From Candidatus Bathyarchaeota archaeon (GTDB taxonomy: Archaea; Thermoproteota; Bathyarchaeia; Bathyarchaeales; Bathycorpusculaceae): a stretch of DNA of 64,000 nt. Each line of letters starts with the position of its first letter. Position 1 is the first letter of the stretch. The position numbers and the translations under genes were made by a program. This document shows, piece by piece, positions 61,703 through 64,000 of the stretch. A model generated the notes under the pieces. It did no database searches and was not told the DNA's origin. It saw only the letters and a program-made list of their open reading frames with translations. The DNA is taken from the NCBI GenBank assembly GCA_963775465.1, contig CAVZIW010000001.1:320001-384000 (forward strand), in the 5' to 3' direction.

Positions 61703-61931
61703 TTCTACATGTTTACAAACAATGAAAAAAGAAAACAAAAAATTGGAACATTTACGTAGGTTTGGTGTATCTTCATAAAAAAGTATACGAAAACAAGAAA
61801 AAATTTCTTCAATTCTGAACAGAATAAAAGGCAAAATTGCAGGACAGGCAACAAGTTGAACAGAATTAGTAAGCTGAATCGTAAATTCGCAATCTATTAT
61901 TTTCAATCTATTAATCTTCAATCATACCACA

Positions 61932-63893
61932 ATGAGGCAAAAATGCAAGACGACTATTTTGGAAGGACACTGCTTGAATAACGAATATTCGCATGAATGC
62001 AACGATATATTTCGTGCAATTACTGATTCCTCAAAGGATGCCATAATTTTTGTAGATGACAAAGGCAAAATTAATTATTGGAATCTGTCTGCTGAAAAAA
62101 TTTTTGGGTACACCAGCAAAGAGACAATTGGAAAAGAGATTCATTCACTTGTTATCCCTAAGGATATGTGCAAAGAAGCCAAAGAACGCATAAAAGCAAG
62201 TATGGAGGTTTTTGCTGAAACAGGGGCTGGCTATTTTACATATGGCAATGTCCAACTAGTGGGACGCCGCAAAGAAGGACGCGAATTCCCCGCAGAGTTG
62301 TCGCTTTCTCCAATAAAGTTGGGAGATAAATGGAACGCTGTTGGTGTGGTAAAAGATATTACTGAAAGAAAGAAAGCGGAGCAATTATTAAGAGATGCTG
62401 AGCAGCGTTATCATACTTTATTTAATCAAGCACCAATTGGCGTGTTGCTAGTTGATCCAGAGAACGGTTCTTTTGTAGAATTTAATGATTTTGCGCACAG
62501 GCAATTTGGATACACTAGGGATGAATTTGAAAAACTAGCTCTTTCAGATATCGAAATTGATGGTGTTGAGAGTGAGGTTAAGCTGCAATTATCTCGACTT
62601 TTGAAAGAAGGTGGAGGTGAGTTTGAAGCAGAATATTGCGCAAAAAATGGAGACCACAAAAATATAATTGTTACAGCTAGAGTAATAAAATTGACTGGAA
62701 AGAGTTTTCTCCATTGTATTTTTCATGATATAAGTGAAATTAGAGCGGTTCAGAAATCATTGATGGAAAGTGAGGCACAGTACCGGCAGTTAGTTGAACT
62801 CGCTCAAGAAGGAGTTTGGGTGCTTAATACGGATTTTGTCACTTCTTTTGTTAATCCGAGAATGGCAGAGATGCTAGGGTATAGTCAGAGCGAAATGCTT
62901 GGAAAAAGCTTGTTCACTTTCATTGACCACAAAGTAGTTCATTTGGCTAAGGAATTTTTGGGAAAATATACTCGAGGTGTAGATGGAAATTTTGAGTACG
63001 AATTTATCCGAAAAGATGGCACACCAATCTACGCCACTATTGCTGCCTCACAAATTGCCGACGATAATGGCAATTTTTCGGGTACTCTTGCTTTGGTTGC
63101 TGATATAACAGTTCGAAAAGAGATGGAAAATAAGTTAGAAAAATATTCCAAAAACCTTGAGGATATTGTTGAACAAAAAACAAAGCAGTTGAAAGAGGCT
63201 CAAAAACAACTAGTCAAGTCTGAAAGGCTAGCGGCTATTGGCGAATTAGCTGGAATGATAGGTCATGATTTAAGAAATCCTTTATCAGGAATTAAGAATG
63301 CAGCTTATTATCTGCATAAAAAGAATGCGTGTCAAACAAGTTGTTCAAAAGAAATGTTGGATATCATCGACAAATGTGTTAATCATTCAAACAAGATCAT
63401 CAATGACCTTCTGGAGTATTCCAAGGAACTGATCTTAGTGAAAGAGAGCATATCTCTAGGTGAGTTATTTAGGGATGCTCTATCGATGATGAGAGTTTCG
63501 GATAAGGTGAAGATCAATCAGCTCTATGACGCTTCGTATGTTGTGAAAGTTGACTCCGAAAAGATGCAACGTGTCATTATAAATTTAATCAAGAATTCGA
63601 TTGATGCAATGCCTGAAGGAGGAGAGATTTCAATAAGAAGTAAGATAAAAAATGGCTCATTGGAGCTTTCTTTCTCTGATACTGGACTTGGTATTTCAGA
63701 CGATGTGTTGCCAAAACTCTTCTTACCTTTGTTCACTACAAAGGCGCAGGGTATGGGTTTTGGCTTGGCCATTTGCAAAAGAATTGTAGATGCTCATGAA
63801 GGGAAAATAGCGGTAAGTACAGTCAAAGGAGAAGGCACAACTTTTGCAATTACATTGCCTATTGAAACTAAAACGATTTTGGAGGTGACTTGA
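61932..63893 (+). CDS. Cytoplasmic multi-PAS sensor histidine kinase
   Basis: Three PAS/PAC domains (DITERK, DISE, DITVRK), H-box GHDLRNPL, N-box NLIKNSIDA, DTGLG, GMGFGL. No TM. Confidence 0.95.
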   Translation: MRQKCKTTILEGHCLNNEYSHECNDIFRAITDSSKDAIIFVDDKGKINYWNLSAEKIFGYTSKETIGKEIHSLVIPKDMCKEAKERIKASMEVFAETGAGYFTYGNVQLVGRRKEGREFPAELSLSPIKLGDKWNAVGVVKDITERKKAEQLLRDAEQRYHTLFNQAPIGVLLVDPENGSFVEFNDFAHRQFGYTRDEFEKLALSDIEIDGVESEVKLQLSRLLKEGGGEFEAEYCAKNGDHKNIIVTARVIKLTGKSFLHCIFHDISEIRAVQKSLMESEAQYRQLVELAQEGVWVLNTDFVTSFVNPRMAEMLGYSQSEMLGKSLFTFIDHKVVHLAKEFLGKYTRGVDGNFEYEFIRKDGTPIYATIAASQIADDNGNFSGTLALVADITVRKEMENKLEKYSKNLEDIVEQKTKQLKEAQKQLVKSERLAAIGELAGMIGHDLRNPLSGIKNAAYYLHKKNACQTSCSKEMLDIIDKCVNHSNKIINDLLEYSKELILVKESISLGELFRDALSMMRVSDKVKINQLYDASYVVKVDSEKMQRVIINLIKNSIDAMPEGGEISIRSKIKNGSLELSFSDTGLGISDDVLPKLFLPLFTTKAQGMGFGLAICKRIVDAHEGKIAVSTVKGEGTTFAITLPIETKTILEVT

Positions 63894-63894
63894 T

Positions 63895-64000
63895 TTGGCA
63901 GAAAAAGCTAAAATCTTAATTGTTGATGACGACGAAAACATTAGGAAAACAATGAAGGCTATACTTGAAGAAGAGAACTACAGTGTTGATTTGGCATCTA
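63895..64000 (+). CDS. Response regulator receiver (partial)
   Basis: GGAGGTGA SD, TTG start, MAEKAKILIVDDDENIRKTMKAILEEENYSVDLAS. Confidence 0.9.
   Translation, partial: MAEKAKILIVDDDENIRKTMKAILEEENYSVDLAS

Noticed and set aside
1-64000. Mobile elements, prophage or defence systems
   Set aside because: No transposase, integrase, terminal inverted repeats or recognisable defence genes were seen.

Overview
Archaeal chromosomal window. The gene content (aIF-1A/RIO1/Dim2 operon, CdvB/ESCRT-III, DUF2206/DUF1616-like proteins, TATA promoters, many TTG/GTG starts, PAS kinases) suggests Bathyarchaeia/TACK; this is an inference. 1-30.7 kb is an AT-rich surface-glycan locus with all genes on the minus strand. 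It encodes GT2/GT4 glycosyltransferases, secreted carbohydrate-active enzymes with Pro/Ser/Thr stalks, GDP-mannose 3,5-epimerase and a bacterial-type nucleotide-sugar C-methylation cassette. 31-64 kb holds housekeeping, transport, metal/redox and two-component genes. Items missing from the ORF track: (1) a ~130-nt multi-box C/D guide RNA whose middle guide predicts Cm34 of tRNA-Leu(CAA); (2) a pair of related GxS..WYxP microproteins; (3) several Zn-finger microproteins; (4) two genes with apparent near-cognate starts (ATC, ACG); (5) a SmtB/ArsR-type operator. Also notable are a T2SSE_N-GT2 fusion and a C-methyltransferase paralog lacking its catalytic residues. Four single-base insertions in the first 16 kb probably reflect consensus errors. 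No rRNA, tRNA, CRISPR array or transposase was seen.
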